From Pelagomonas calceolata (taxonomy: Eukaryota), in assembly GCA_918797485.1 (NCBI GenBank), contig CAKKNE010000004.1, forward strand, positions 4,278,001 to 4,342,000: a DNA stretch of 64,000 bases, written 5' to 3'. The notes beneath the pieces were generated by a model that saw only the letters and a program-made list of their open reading frames with translations, was not told the DNA's origin and made no database searches. A program made the position numbers and the translations under genes. This document shows, piece after piece, positions 40,964 through 52,600 of the stretch (positions within the stretch are counted from its first letter, which is position 1; each line of letters starts with the position of its first letter).

Positions 40964-43057
40964 CTATGTTGGCGCCGGCCCGAACAAGTCCGCCGCGGCC
41001 GGCGCCGGCGCGGCCCCAAAGCCGCCTCCCGACAGAGGATCGTCGGGGAACAAGTCGGCGGCCGCCGCAGGAGGCGTCTGCGGCGGCGCGGCCGCGGCCG
41101 GCGGAATAATCGTCTGGCCCTCCGGAATGGGCGGCGCCGCGAAGGGCGGCGCCGGCAACGTCCGCGGCGGCGTCGGCACCGGTGAAACCGCAGAAATTTC
41201 GCTCACCGCACTTTCGGCCATGAAGCTGTGGTCCGCAATATCGCTCCCGAAGAGGTCGAACGCGTCGCCCGCGGGCGGCGGCGGCGGCGGCGGCGCCGTA
41301 CGCGGTTCCGCCGGCGGCGGTCGCAGCAGCGGGTCTGGCGACGGCATCGGCGCGCGCGCGATCTCCGGCTGCGGCGGCGGCGGTGTGTCGGCCGGCGGCG
41401 GCGTGGCCGGCTCCGCGGGCAGCCCCGCGCCCGTGTCGACGGCGCCGGGGGGCGGCGTCGTCGTCACGTCGACGTAGAGCCGGTCCGCGGGCGGCGGCGC
41501 CGCGAAGACCGCCTCCTGGGGGGCGATGCCGGCCGAGGACATATCTAGCAAGTTCGACGCCGACGAATTTGTGGAGGGTGGTGCATCAGTAGGCGACGCG
41601 AAGACGTCGGGCTGGGCGGGTTTCGGCGACGCCTCGCGCGTGAAGACCGTTGAGTTCGACCGCTCCGGGACGGCGGGCAGCGGCGTCGAAACGCCCGTCT
41701 CGGCGACCACCACATCCAATAAGTTCGGCATTACCCACTCCTCGTCCGTGTCGAGCTCGACGACGGCGCAGCCCGTCAATTGCCACATGCCCGTTTGCTG
41801 CGCGTAGAACTTTTGTTTGATATTTGTGCGCGACCGGCCCGCGACCTTGCCGATGTTCGTATAAATTTTCCCAGCAGCCAAGACGCCCGGCGGCATGTCA
41901 TTCATGCGCCACTGCAACTGCAGGTTCCGCGGCTCGGTTAAACGGTTCACGACGACGCACGTGGCCTCGTACTCCTCGTTCAACTGGAGCTGCGCCGGTA
42001 GACCCCGCACTTCCACCCGAATTTTCATGCGATCCGTGTCCCGCGCGTCGGCCGGCCGCCTTCTTTCACTATTCGGCGACGCAACCCCGGCGCCGGGCCG
42101 CGGCGCCCAGTCGATCGGAGACGTCGCCGTGGCGCCGCCCTCGCCGTCGCCCACGCGCCAGGCGACGCGGACGACGCCCGCGCGCGCCGGGTAGGCCGGC
42201 GGGTCGAGGTCGTGGTCCGGCGCCTCGCCCGTCAAAAAGGACGACGCCCGGACGCGCGACACGACGAACAGCCGTCGACAGCTCCCGCCCGCCGGCATGA
42301 CGTCGATACCGTCGCTCTTCAACGGGACGCCCTCCTCCGGCGGCGACGGCGCGGGCTCCCTACTCTGAAACCCCTGCGGCGGCCGCAGCACCGTCGCGAT
42401 CAAGTGGCACGTGTCGTGCGCGAGGTTTTCGATGTCGCACTCGACGACGCCCAACAACTCGGGCTCGTCATCATCAAACACGCCCGGCGGCGGCCTTGGT
42501 AGTAACCACGCCGCGGTCCGGATCTGCAGCGGCGCGAGCACGTTAAATCTATAAAATTTTCGGAGAGACCGCGGCTCCGCGTCCGGCGCGTCGCCCTCTC
42601 CCCTATAAGCCACGCTCACTCGTAATGTATGGGTACCAACTTCATCCAGCGTCTTCTCGACGATCTGTTCCGTGTGGCGGTGCTCGTCCAGCAGCGACGC
42701 GGGATTCTCGGCGACGGCGTCATTTGGCCGCGGCACGTCGCTCGTGCGCCAGCCGTCGACATCTAGACCCGCGGCCTCGGCGGCGTCCCGCTTTGAAGTG
42801 AAGGTGTCCGGTAAATCTACGGCGCGCTTCGCGGAGGGCGCCTGGAGCTTCGCGGTCACGAGCACGTCCCTCAACGGCCGCGGGCCGCCGTTCGTCACGG
42901 CCACGTAGGCGACAAACGGCTCGCCCGCGTAGATGTTGCCGAACGACTCCGGCAGGATGAGGGCCGAGCTCCCGGGCCGCGGCGCCGACGGCCGGTAGAG
43001 GCGCATCACGCGTAGCGTCGGCGGCGGCGGCGGCGGCGGCTGCTGCGGGCTCGCCAT
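40964..43057 (-). CDS. TRAPPC13: Trafficking protein particle complex subunit 13
   Basis: LRVMRLYRP, LILPESFGNIYAGEPF, EVGTHTL, RKFYRFNVLAPL. Confidence 0.85.
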   Translation of the reverse strand: MASPQQPPPPPPPTLRVMRLYRPSAPRPGSSALILPESFGNIYAGEPFVAYVAVTNGGPRPLRDVLVTAKLQAPSAKRAVDLPDTFTSKRDAAEAAGLDVDGWRTSDVPRPNDAVAENPASLLDEHRHTEQIVEKTLDEVGTHTLRVSVAYRGEGDAPDAEPRSLRKFYRFNVLAPLQIRTAAWLLPRPPPGVFDDDEPELLGVVECDIENLAHDTCHLIATVLRPPQGFQSREPAPSPPEEGVPLKSDGIDVMPAGGSCRRLFVVSRVRASSFLTGEAPDHDLDPPAYPARAGVVRVAWRVGDGEGGATATSPIDWAPRPGAGVASPNSERRRPADARDTDRMKIRVEVRGLPAQLQLNEEYEATCVVVNRLTEPRNLQLQWRMNDMPPGVLAAGKIYTNIGKVAGRSRTNIKQKFYAQQTGMWQLTGCAVVELDTDEEWVMPNLLDVVVAETGVSTPLPAVPERSNSTVFTREASPKPAQPDVFASPTDAPPSTNSSASNLLDMSSAGIAPQEAVFAAPPPADRLYVDVTTTPPPGAVDTGAGLPAEPATPPPADTPPPPQPEIARAPMPSPDPLLRPPPAEPRTAPPPPPPPAGDAFDLFGSDIADHSFMAESAVSEISAVSPVPTPPRTLPAPPFAAPPIPEGQTIIPPAAAAPPQTPPAAAADLFPDDPLSGGGFGAAPAPAAADLFGPAPT

Positions 43058-43461
43058 GATCTATTTGGTAGCCGCCTATTTGGTAGCCGCTCGGCGACCG
43101 GCGTCGAGCTTTAGGGCTATCGCGCGGCGACTTGGACCCGTGTGGCGGCGAGGGAGCACAGGCTTGCGCAGCGGCTGCCGAGCGCAGTGGTTGCTGGACG
43201 GCTGCAAGCGCTGGAGATGAATGCCACACGCAGTCCTATGTCGGTGAAACGAGCACAGTACCGCGCCGTCGCGAGTTTGTGCGTGCGGCCGGCCTAAAAA
43301 TGGGTTCTAAAACGGGTTTTACAAGTTTTTGAGGAACGCGTTCCGCGGGGTCCCCGTGTGCTAGAGGGGCTAGCTAGAATAAGCCCAGGCTGTCCTGGAA
43401 CCAAATTACGCTGCCGGGGGGTGAGGGCCGTCCGGACGCAGATCAGGTAATGCTAAAAATA

Positions 43462-44991
43462 TTACGTATAAGACGACTCCATCCACTCGAGCTTGCCCAT
43501 CAACAAATGGCACGACGGCAGGCCACCCGAGCACGGCGCCAGCAGCGTTAGGGTCTGCGCGTCCATGGACACGTTCGTGACGACCACAAACCCCGCCGCC
43601 GCCCGGTTCAGCAAGTGCTGGTGCGGCGACGTCGTCGACGACGCGGCCGGCGCCTCCTCCCCTTCGTCCTCGTCGACGTGGCAGACCGCCATGACCGTGT
43701 GCACTAATGCCGCGGAGATCGGCACCGCCACGACCTGTAAAGGTTCTAAGAGAGATGCCTGACCGACGGGGAGCATGGCGTCGTCCCGCGCGGCGCCGGC
43801 CATGACCTGATACACTTTCACCTTCTTGAAGGGCAATTCATGCGTCGCGGGGGCGAGCGGCGGCAGGACCTTTTCCAGAATAGTCTCCTTGTCCGCGTTC
43901 TTGTAGATCCCTCTTACGTGACTCTGGGGGCCATAAAAATACTCGTGGACCTTCTTGTTCCTCGCGCGCCGTCGATGCGCCGGTTCCCGCTGCACGACGC
44001 CGCCCGACCTTGCGAGCTTGGCCACGGCCACGGTCCGTGGCAACGCCGCCCGCAGATCCGCGAACAACCGATCATGCGCCAGCACCAGCACGCAGTCCAC
44101 GGAAAACGCCGACGCGATCCTTAATAAGGACTGGAAGCCGTCGCCGTCGACCCAGCCCGACGAGTTGATGATGAGCCCCGACACGTCTAGCGTTCGGTCC
44201 GCGTGTAATCTCTCAGCACAGGCCTTGGCTAATTGTTCCACCACATGATCGTACAACGCCGAGTTTTCCTGCGGTTCCGTGGAGCCGACCCAAAATGCCA
44301 GCGGAGCATCATCAACCCCACCCACAACACCTTCTTGTACTGTTGCTCGATCTCTATCAACTCTACAAGCCGCGATGGCGCCGGGCGGCGCGCCGCAGTC
44401 CCCTAAACCGGGATCCAGGTCGACGAAGACCGGCTCTCGGCCTAACCTCGCTGCATATGCGCACAGCGTCGCGCAGAGCGTCGACTTGCCGGAGTCCGTC
44501 GGGCCACACACCAATACCCTAGGCCCGCGACACTCCGACGTAGGTGCGCAGGCTTTGGAGTACTCAGCACAGACACCACTCAATGCAGAGGTGCTCTCGT
44601 CGGCCGGCATGGCCGTCTCGCCCTTCGCAATACCCAAACCGGTCTCGCAGGCCTTGTAGGACGCGCCCGCGATGGACTCCGAGACCTTGCGCGCCGCCTC
44701 GTCCCTCCTGGTCTCCAAGTACGAATGCGCATTTAACGTCGCGTGCTGCGTCGTTTCGCCTCTACCGGTAGCGTAGCAGCTCGTCGTCTCGCCGACGACT
44801 TCCACGCGCGCGCCGAACCAGGTGTAGATCGCGACCTTCGCACCAGCAAAAGCGTACTCCTTGCCTTGGGCGAGCTCCAGGCCCAGCACTTCCGCGATGC
44901 CCTCCTTGACCGTCACCACAACAATCTTGTCGAAGTCGACCTCTAACCTTAGTTCGCTCTCGCCCTGGAGGACGAGGGTCTGGGTCGTCAT
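43462..44991 (-). CDS. CLP1: mRNA 3'-end processing factor / polynucleotide kinase CLP1
   Basis: ESELRLEV, AIYTW, GPTDSGKST, DLDPG, SGGVV, EYFYG motifs. Confidence 0.92.
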   Translation of the reverse strand: MTTQTLVLQGESELRLEVDFDKIVVVTVKEGIAEVLGLELAQGKEYAFAGAKVAIYTWFGARVEVVGETTSCYATGRGETTQHATLNAHSYLETRRDEAARKVSESIAGASYKACETGLGIAKGETAMPADESTSALSGVCAEYSKACAPTSECRGPRVLVCGPTDSGKSTLCATLCAYAARLGREPVFVDLDPGLGDCGAPPGAIAACRVDRDRATVQEGVVGGVDDAPLAFWVGSTEPQENSALYDHVVEQLAKACAERLHADRTLDVSGLIINSSGWVDGDGFQSLLRIASAFSVDCVLVLAHDRLFADLRAALPRTVAVAKLARSGGVVQREPAHRRRARNKKVHEYFYGPQSHVRGIYKNADKETILEKVLPPLAPATHELPFKKVKVYQVMAGAARDDAMLPVGQASLLEPLQVVAVPISAALVHTVMAVCHVDEDEGEEAPAASSTTSPHQHLLNRAAAGFVVVTNVSMDAQTLTLLAPCSGGLPSCHLLMGKLEWMESSYT

Positions 44992-45165
44992 TGGTGCGCG
45001 CGCGCGGCGACGGCGAGTCGCGGCCTCCTCCTGTTGTGCTGTTAGGCACGCGAGTGCTGACTGTATTGCCGCCGCGCTGTCAGATAAAGACCGTGAGGTC
45101 TGTATGTGGTACCGCTAAGTTGCACGCAGCAACGCAGCGTGCGCGAGCGCGGCGGGGCTGGGATA

Positions 45166-45188
45166 GCTAGCGTCTAGTAAGACACTAG
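45166..45188 (-). promoter_or_regulatory. Upstream quasi-palindromic motif, copy 9
   Basis: Reverse complement CTAGTGTCTTACTAGACGCTAGC in a divergent intergenic region. Confidence 0.6.
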
Positions 45189-45390
45189 GAAGCAAGCAAA
45201 AAGCCGCCGCAGGCCCGCAGCTCGCGAACGAAGCCGCTGCTGCGCCTGGCCCTGGTTTGACGGCCGCATCGATCACCAACTGGTCGCTCGCCAACGCGAC
45301 GTTGAAGACCGCACGCCCTGCGCACTCGCAAAGCCCTAGAACCGCTGCACACTCAAAGCCCAAGGAGACGCCGCCGCCGCAGCAAAACCG

Positions 45391-46767
45391 ATGGCCGAGG
45401 AGTCCAAGTCCACGACCCCGCCTTTACAAAATCCCTTACCGAAAGACACGGACACGTCCCTCAAAACTTTTGATGAAGTAGACGTCGAGGAGGCTTTGAA
45501 CGGCTGGCAAATACCGGAAGAGTACTTAGAAGAGACCAGACAAGGCTTAAAAAAGATCTTCGGGGATATAGATATTACGAAACTACCTTTTGACGACATC
45601 CCGGAAGGCTGCGACGACTACCCGCCGCCCGGCTCCGCGTGGGAGACCGCCTGGGATAGGAAGCAGCGCGAAGACGCGGAAGACCCGCAGCTCCAAAGGG
45701 CCCTCAAAGAATCAGCTAGGATAGCGCCGAAGGTTGATGTTTGTGAACCACCACCACCACCTCTGGTCACGAACACGGAGAAACCGAAGGACCTTGAGTC
45801 GGCCAAAAAACAGATGTGGGCGGCTTTGGGCGCGACGCCGCCGGAGCAGGCCGAGGAGAAGGATCTCGTGGATGATGGGTTGGGGACGAAGCGCGTCCGA
45901 AAAGGAAAAGATTTTGATGGAGATGAACCGTGGGTCGTTCCCGATTGGTACGACCCGTCCGGCAAGGACTGGACGCCCGAGCCCGAGCCCGAGACGGAGC
46001 CGCCCTTCGAACCGAAGACTATCGACGAGTTGTTACAGGGTCTACAGTGCCCGCGCGGCTTGCACGAACATGGTTTTGGCTCGTTCGAGAAACTCCCGCC
46101 GGAAAAAGGGACTTGGTTACCTACCGCTCTCTTCGAATGCACGGAGCAAATAACGAGTGATAAGTGGGGCGGCGCGAAGACGTGTTTGACGATCGCGCGG
46201 AGTGCGCTACCGGTGCTCATCGGCGAGATCAACATGGACCACGAAATGCTCCGCACGGTCGTATGTGTCGGTGCCGAGGCGTCCGCTCAGATCAGGCAGC
46301 ACTTCCCGGCGCTGTGTGTGGTCGAGGTGTCGTCGACTCAAGTCGACTCATACGGAGGGCCCTGTATTGCTGTGGTGTGCGATTGTGCGAGCGCGGGCGA
46401 CGCCGCGTTGGCTCTCGCGTTCCGGTCGCACGCGTCGTTCGTCGTGTCTTGTTTTAATGGAGACGGTGAAGCGACGGCCAATGAAGATCGGGTCGTCTGC
46501 AAGGACCCTTCCATCGCTCGCTCCGAGTGGCTGTCGAAACAAATGGGACCGCACTTGACCTACGCCGACATCACGGAGGCGGCGAAAACATCCCTGCCGG
46601 CTAGAACAGTCGTCGCTCTCGATAAACTATGCAGCTGGGGCGAGGAGGACGCGAAGTTCACGTGGGTCTGCGGGAAATTGGTCGCGACGGACCCGAACGC
46701 TACAGACATCATCCTGGTGGGCACGCAGCGGGACGAGTACGACAAGAAGCTGCGGCGTTTGGGCTAG
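45391..46767 (+). CDS. Hypothetical protein (UIM-like LQRALKES segment)
   Basis: 458-aa ORF with complex composition. Confidence 0.65.
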   Translation: MAEESKSTTPPLQNPLPKDTDTSLKTFDEVDVEEALNGWQIPEEYLEETRQGLKKIFGDIDITKLPFDDIPEGCDDYPPPGSAWETAWDRKQREDAEDPQLQRALKESARIAPKVDVCEPPPPPLVTNTEKPKDLESAKKQMWAALGATPPEQAEEKDLVDDGLGTKRVRKGKDFDGDEPWVVPDWYDPSGKDWTPEPEPETEPPFEPKTIDELLQGLQCPRGLHEHGFGSFEKLPPEKGTWLPTALFECTEQITSDKWGGAKTCLTIARSALPVLIGEINMDHEMLRTVVCVGAEASAQIRQHFPALCVVEVSSTQVDSYGGPCIAVVCDCASAGDAALALAFRSHASFVVSCFNGDGEATANEDRVVCKDPSIARSEWLSKQMGPHLTYADITEAAKTSLPARTVVALDKLCSWGEEDAKFTWVCGKLVATDPNATDIILVGTQRDEYDKKLRRLG

Positions 46768-47116
46768 GGGTTGTAATATCAGGTAGATGATAGCCTTACC
46801 CCGGCGACGGCGTCTCGCGGGCGCGGAGCGCGGCTACGGAAAAGAACACCCATTTGCGAATGCCAGCCGGCGATCGCTTACTTATGCGCGGCTTAAGCTC
46901 TCGGCGCTCGAACGCGACGGTGTCTTTGACGAAGGGCTGCTATGCGCGATACTAGAGCGAACCTGGCTCCGCGAGGATGGGGGCGCGCCTCGCAAAACGA
47001 GGGCCCTTTCGTGAGCCTCGGAAAGCAAGCCCTCGGTCCTCATTTCTATTGACTAAGTTTACTACATTTTAACATGTCCCAGCTGGACCGTCGCGGACGC
47101 CATCGACGCTAAAAAA

Positions 47117-49222
47117 TCAAGACGCCGCGGCCGCCGCCTCCGCGATCGCTCGATCAAACAGCGCGGGATTGGCCGCGACGTCGGCGAGCCTCTCGGCGAC
47201 GTCCCGCGACGCCGCGAGGTCGGGCGACGTGATGCGATAGCTGACGTCGACGCCACTTCCGCGCGCCGCCGCCGTGACGCCCAGTATTTCTACGTCCGTG
47301 CCTCCGGCCACGCGCCAGATCGCGTCCTGGAGGACGGCTTGGACCGCGGGCGTCGACGCCGCCGCCAACGATATCCCCGAGACCGTGGTGGACCCCGTGT
47401 TGCTGAACGGAGCTGGTGCTGCCCCGGAGCTCGCCCGCCGCAGGAACGCCGCCCACTCCTCCACGGACTCGTCATCATTGAATAGATTCCCGTCGGCGCG
47501 GCAGACGGCGGCCTCGAGCGCCCCCCGTTTCGCGGCGTCGGCGGCGAGCTCCTGGGCCCGCTTCACGTACGCGTCGACGCTATCGACGATCGGCGCGTCC
47601 GCTATATTTAACCGTCGGTAGAAGCCCGCCGCGAGCGCGACGACGCTCTGTAATGATGGAGCCGTGACCGCTAGCCGACACACGGAGAACGCCTCGAGCG
47701 TCGTCACGCCGCCCCCAAAGGGAAACGGGTCGAGCAGCAGCGTCGCCGCGCGCAGCAGCCCGAAGAACTTGTCGCCCAAAGCCAGCGGCAGGAACACGAT
47801 CCGGGGATGGTGCCCGAGCCGCCCTTGTAAGACGTGCAGCCACAGCGCCTTCTTCGGGTCGTAGGTGACCACTACTTTGGCCCTCGCATCCTCCGAGACG
47901 AGCCTCAGTAAAACCTCGTCGAAGGCCGGGTGGAACTTTGGTAAAGATTGAGGACAGAGATATAAAGGATCTGTATCCGTCATGTTCAGTTGGCGTCGGA
48001 ACGCGGCCCCGTCGCTTATCGGAGGCGCGTAGAGATTTTGAGGCCTTCGAAAATAAATCCCGGGCGTCGCGAAGCGCACGGCCTGCTCCGCGTATCTTCT
48101 GGAGAGATCATCATTCGGCGGCTCGAAGCCGTCCGACGACACGAAGTAGTCGATCGAGTCCGGCAGGCCGGACGTGTGCGGGTGGCCCCAGAACAACACC
48201 TGGACGGGCGCGAGGCGCGCGTGGGCCCAGGTCAGCGCTCGAGCTCGCATTCCTAATTCAGCATACACCAAGACATCAACGTCCTGCACCTGGGTTCGCG
48301 ACGACAGCGTCATGTCCATTGGTCTATGCAAAGCGCCCGTCCCCAACGTCCACGTTAACCAGTCGTCGGACTCCTCCGTCGCGTCGAAGAGGACGACCTC
48401 GAAGTCCGGCAAAGCCGCGAGGCCCCGCACAATGCCGCACAACAATTTGCAGACGCTGTGGCGCTTCCAATAGGCACCGGCAAACCCTATCCTCAACCGT
48501 TCTTTCTTGGTCGTGGCGACGAGCTGCTTTTTTAGTGGAGGGTGGGCCCGTTGATACGCGCGTTGGATCGACGTCATCAACGACGCATCCTCAAAACCGA
48601 GGTAGACGATGTAGAAAGTTCCGGGCATCGAGATGCCGTCCAACGTCTCCAGCGTCTCCGGTAAAAGGGCTATTCTATTCTCGAGCTCACGATACGTCGT
48701 GTTCACCGCCTCTTGACTAGAAGAGACGGCCGGCACGAGCAGCGCGCTCCGGAACCGCAGCCGCGCGTCGTCCGGTTTTAGCAAGGACGCTCGCCGCACG
48801 TGTTCCGACGCTTCGACCAAGGCCCCGGAATCCTCCAAGACCGTACTCAGCTGGAGGTGGCCCTCGAAGGCCACGTCGTCGCTCACATTCGTCTCGTCGA
48901 GTTTCTTCAGCAGGAACGCGCCCGACCAGTAGACGTCGCCCAGACCTCCGCACGCGTCGCCGTCTCTAAACAAGACCGCGAGCGGTGGTAATGCTTGGGG
49001 GTCAATCGTTTTGGCCTTGCGTCGCGCCGCGACCGCTTTTGCGACGTCGCCGTCGATCAAGTATAGCGTCGCGAGCGCTTGCAGGGCGCTCGCCGTTTCT
49101 CCAGCTTCCGTAAATGAAGCTTTGGCTCGCGCAAGGTCGGCTGCTCGTGCGGCTGCCAGGCCTCGCTCGTAGTAGGGGTCTGCTGCCGTGCAGAGGTGGA
49201 GGAGCAGGGCTGCCCTGATCAT
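47117..49222 (-). CDS. TPR + GT41 (OGT/SPINDLY-like) glycosyltransferase with signal peptide
   Basis: RLRIGF, HSV, ARLAPVQ..WGHP.TSG..IDYF, QSLPKFHP.FD, LDPFPFGGGVTTLEA. Confidence 0.85.
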   Translation of the reverse strand: MIRAALLLHLCTAADPYYERGLAAARAADLARAKASFTEAGETASALQALATLYLIDGDVAKAVAARRKAKTIDPQALPPLAVLFRDGDACGGLGDVYWSGAFLLKKLDETNVSDDVAFEGHLQLSTVLEDSGALVEASEHVRRASLLKPDDARLRFRSALLVPAVSSSQEAVNTTYRELENRIALLPETLETLDGISMPGTFYIVYLGFEDASLMTSIQRAYQRAHPPLKKQLVATTKKERLRIGFAGAYWKRHSVCKLLCGIVRGLAALPDFEVVLFDATEESDDWLTWTLGTGALHRPMDMTLSSRTQVQDVDVLVYAELGMRARALTWAHARLAPVQVLFWGHPHTSGLPDSIDYFVSSDGFEPPNDDLSRRYAEQAVRFATPGIYFRRPQNLYAPPISDGAAFRRQLNMTDTDPLYLCPQSLPKFHPAFDEVLLRLVSEDARAKVVVTYDPKKALWLHVLQGRLGHHPRIVFLPLALGDKFFGLLRAATLLLDPFPFGGGVTTLEAFSVCRLAVTAPSLQSVVALAAGFYRRLNIADAPIVDSVDAYVKRAQELAADAAKRGALEAAVCRADGNLFNDDESVEEWAAFLRRASSGAAPAPFSNTGSTTVSGISLAAASTPAVQAVLQDAIWRVAGGTDVEILGVTAAARGSGVDVSYRITSPDLAASRDVAERLADVAANPALFDRAIAEAAAAAS

Positions 49223-49795
49223 AGTGGTGGGGTCTTGCTAGCACGCTCTGCAGCGCACAACTGCGGCGCAGCGATGGCGTTTGGGCCTGGATTGCTTCGC
49301 ACGAGTTATCTACAGCGTGTTTCGTTTGCTTTGCGTGCTTTGGGCATGCCGGCAGCCTCTCGAAGTCTTGCGGGTTTCCGTGGCCGGAGCCAAAACAGCA
49401 AAAAAACCTGTCTGGCTGATCAACGTAGGCCTCTGAAGCCTGGGACAAGTCCTTCGAGCTTCGTTTGCGGGGTTGAGGGGCGCCTCCTCAACACTTACAC
49501 GCTCGAGATAAAACGCTCTGCGCGACGCGCTCAAGCTCCACCGCGGCCGCCCGACTTGCTTATCCTCATCCTTCACAGCGCGGCCGTGATCTGTGAAGAC
49601 GCCAGGTCGAGACTCCTCCTCGGCGCGGAGATACAGGACATTCATCAGGGCCGGTGAGATACATCAAGGCTCAAGCCTCACGAGTGCCCGCTCAATCTGA
49701 CTCTCTCAGTTACATCACAAAACTGATCCGCTCCTCTGAGCCCCTCCTCCCCCCAGAAAAAGATATTTAGTATTAGTGAGAATCAAATCAAGACG

Positions 49796-50681
49796 ATGGA
49801 CACGACCCGCTACGCCAAGGCGACCTCGAAGCCGCGCCCGTGCCTCCCGAGCCTGCAACGCTCCCGTTCCCGCACCCGCGTCGCCGCGCCGGGCCGCGCC
49901 CGAGCCGTCTCGCTCGACGAGGTCTCGGATCGTTCGCTGTCGCGCGACGACCTCGTGTGGGAGACTCGCATGTGCCTGCAACCCAGTACGGCTCCAAGCA
50001 TCGACGACCTCGGCTTCGACGAGGAAGACGCCTACGACGAGGGCGAGGTCGAGGGCTCGTTCGAGAACAACCGCAAGGCACTCGAAGACGACGGAGAAGA
50101 CATCTTCCCCCAGGACGAGAGCGTCAAGGGCGTTGAGGCCCTCGTGCTCACGGAGGCGCCAGCCCTCGTCACGCCGCCGGCGACGCCGCGGAGCCTCCCG
50201 CTGCCGTTGTCTCTCAGCGGCGCCAAGTACCTAGCCACGCGGGTCCTAGGCTTCGCGGGCCGCGAGCTTGGTTCGGTCGTCTACTCGCTGTCGGCGTGCT
50301 GTTCGATGCAGTGTAGAAATCAACCAACGTCGCGTCGATGGCGTGGGGCGCTTGAAATTTGATTTACGCACAGGCTCGATGCAGACCATCCGGCGGGGCG
50401 ACTACCTCTACGACGAGGGCGAAGACTCGAGCGCCTTCTACGTCGTCCTGAGCGGCAGCCTCAAGGACCTCGGCAACGGCGTCATCAAGTCCGACGGAGA
50501 AGTTTTAGGCTTCGACGACTACTCGCTCACGCGCCCGCGGCACGCGGCGGTCGTGGCTCTAGATCGAGTCGTCGCCGTCATCTTCAACCAGCGGACCCTG
50601 GACGCGATCGGCCGCCGCGACGCGCACGTGTTGTCGACCATTGTCCGAGCCGCGGCGTCGTCGGGCCACGACCAGCTCTGA
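49796..50681 (+). CDS. Cyclic nucleotide-binding domain protein (exons 49796-50300, 50374-50681)
   Basis: After splicing: RGDYLYDEGEDSSAFYVVLSG...GEVLG...PRHAAVVA. Confidence 0.75.
50309..50373 (+). mobile_element. Miniature introner (intron 50301-50373, 73 nt)
   Basis: TIRs CAGTGTAGAAATCAA/TTGATTTACGCACAG; TSD GTTCGATG/GCTCGATG. Confidence 0.85.
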
Positions 50682-50824
50682 GCTGGCTTTTTTGTACATA
50701 TGTCGTTGAGCGCGCAGCGCTCCGAGAATCCTATCCCCCACCCCGGAAATCCAATCAGAAACCGAATCTTAGTCCCATGTGTATAGTAACCTTATCCGAA
50801 TAACGACCCACGAGGACCATGTGA

Positions 50825-52600
50825 TTATTTACTTCGTTTACCCCTCACAACACGCCCCCGCTTCTTCGCGGAGGGCTTCTTTTTCTTCGCGGCGACGAGC
50901 TTCGCCGCGACACTCTTCGCGTCGGCCTCCTTCTTCTCGGGAAGCTGCAGCCGCCGCGACGCCAGCCCCGCGGCGACCAGGCCGATGCACCGCCGCTTCT
51001 GCGCCATCGCGGCGTCGCTCTCGGGAAACGTCTCGGGGAACCGGTGCGCGAGCCACAGGTAGCAGTCCAGCACGTTGTGCTTGCCGCACATGTCGTGCAG
51101 GTCCCGCAACGTGCGCGGCTTGTGCTTCGGCAGGCGCACGTTCGGCCCGGCGCGCTCGCCCCGCGCTCTAGCTCGCGCGTACTCCGTCAGCATGGCCACG
51201 GCCAGCCGATCCGAGGAGTTGCAGGGCGCCGCGCAGAACGTGACCATGTCTTCCAACGGCAACGGCACGTCGAGCTGCGTCGCCACCTTCTTGAGCTCGA
51301 CATGACCCGCTAAAGCGTAGCGCGCCGCGTCGATCTGGCAAACATTCACAAAGGCGTCGACGACGGCCGTTATATCCGTTTTTGACGCTATCTTCGTCTC
51401 GCGCGCGAAGGCCGCCAATAATTCCGAGGGAGGGAAGAGGCCCGCCTTTGTGACTTTATCTGGTTTGGCATTTAACGCCTTGCGGACGTATTGGGCGTCG
51501 CGCTCGTCCATGGCCGCCACGCCGCCACCGCCTTCGCCGAAGGCCGTGGACATCCTTCCCGCTCTTCCCGCGATCTGTTTTACGAGTGCCCGATCCGCGG
51601 GCAACTGGCCCAGCCGTCGCGCATCGTCCCGGTACTCCGGCGCCACACTCGCCAACCGAGCTTCGGAAGGAGCGTTCCCGGCGTACTTGAGCACGCGTCG
51701 GAACAACACTCGTCCGATATTCAGATTCAACCCCATGCCAATCGCGTCCGAGGCCACGAGCACATCGTACCCGTTGCCCTCCGTGTTGAACAGCCGGGCT
51801 TGCTCCGCCCGCGTCTCGGGCGGTAGCGTACCGTACACGACACAACATTTGGTACCTGGCTTCGCCTCTTCTATGAGTCGTTTCACCGCATGAATATCAT
51901 CTCGCGAGAAGGTCACCACGCAGTCGCCGGCTCGCACGTCGCGCCAGCCTTTTAGTACGGGTAGCGGCTTCAGGGGCGTCAGTCGCTCGTACGTCTTGAG
52001 CACAAAATCGTCTCCACATTTTTTCGCCAAATCCTCCACGAGCTCGGACGCATCCAAAGCGCCGCAGACGTGGATCTCCCGCGCGTCGAGGCCTAGTAAC
52101 GCCCTTGTCCACGAGTGGCCCCTCTCGCTCGACCCAATCAGCTGGATCTCGTCGATGACGGCGACGTCGTAGCGCTCCTGCAACGACACCATCTCGATCG
52201 TGGAGGACGCGTGCGTGGCGAAGGGCACTTCTCGTCTTTCTTGACCCGTAAATAAAGAGCAATACACGCCGGCGTCGTTCAGCCGCTCGTGGACCTCCAA
52301 CGCTAGTAAACGTAATGGTCCCGCATACACGCCGTTCTCGGCCCGCTTCAGTGCTTCGAGGGCGTGGTAGGTCTTGCCCGAATTTGTGGGGCCGCCGTGG
52401 TAGATGATCGTGCGCTTCGACAGGCGCGCCTTCGGGTACCACCACTCGGGCCGCCGCATGTCCGCGACGGTTTTTGGGTCCGGCGGCGGCTTTGGCACCA
52501 CGGCGGCGGTGGCGTCTTGCACCGCGGCGGCCGTCGATGCGCTGCGCAGTGCTGCTGGCCGCACAGATGCGACGCGCCGCAGCGCTCGTGTTAACAGCAT
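50825..52600 (-). CDS. SUV3: Mitochondrial ATP-dependent RNA helicase SUV3
   Basis: GPTNSGKT, GPLRLLA, DEIQ, YERLTPL, DAIGMGLNL, QIAGRAGR; mitochondrial presequence. Confidence 0.95.
   Translation of the reverse strand: MLLTRALRRVASVRPAALRSASTAAAVQDATAAVVPKPPPDPKTVADMRRPEWWYPKARLSKRTIIYHGGPTNSGKTYHALEALKRAENGVYAGPLRLLALEVHERLNDAGVYCSLFTGQERREVPFATHASSTIEMVSLQERYDVAVIDEIQLIGSSERGHSWTRALLGLDAREIHVCGALDASELVEDLAKKCGDDFVLKTYERLTPLKPLPVLKGWRDVRAGDCVVTFSRDDIHAVKRLIEEAKPGTKCCVVYGTLPPETRAEQARLFNTEGNGYDVLVASDAIGMGLNLNIGRVLFRRVLKYAGNAPSEARLASVAPEYRDDARRLGQLPADRALVKQIAGRAGRMSTAFGEGGGGVAAMDERDAQYVRKALNAKPDKVTKAGLFPPSELLAAFARETKIASKTDITAVVDAFVNVCQIDAARYALAGHVELKKVATQLDVPLPLEDMVTFCAAPCNSSDRLAVAMLTEYARARARGERAGPNVRLPKHKPRTLRDLHDMCGKHNVLDCYLWLAHRFPETFPESDAAMAQKRRCIGLVAAGLASRRLQLPEKKEADAKSVAAKLVAAKKKKPSAKKRGRVVRGKRSK

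Noticed and set aside
47060..47125. CGCCATCGACGC intron-associated motif just past the GT41 stop, hinting at another intron
   Set aside because: No acceptor giving a convincing downstream exon could be identified.
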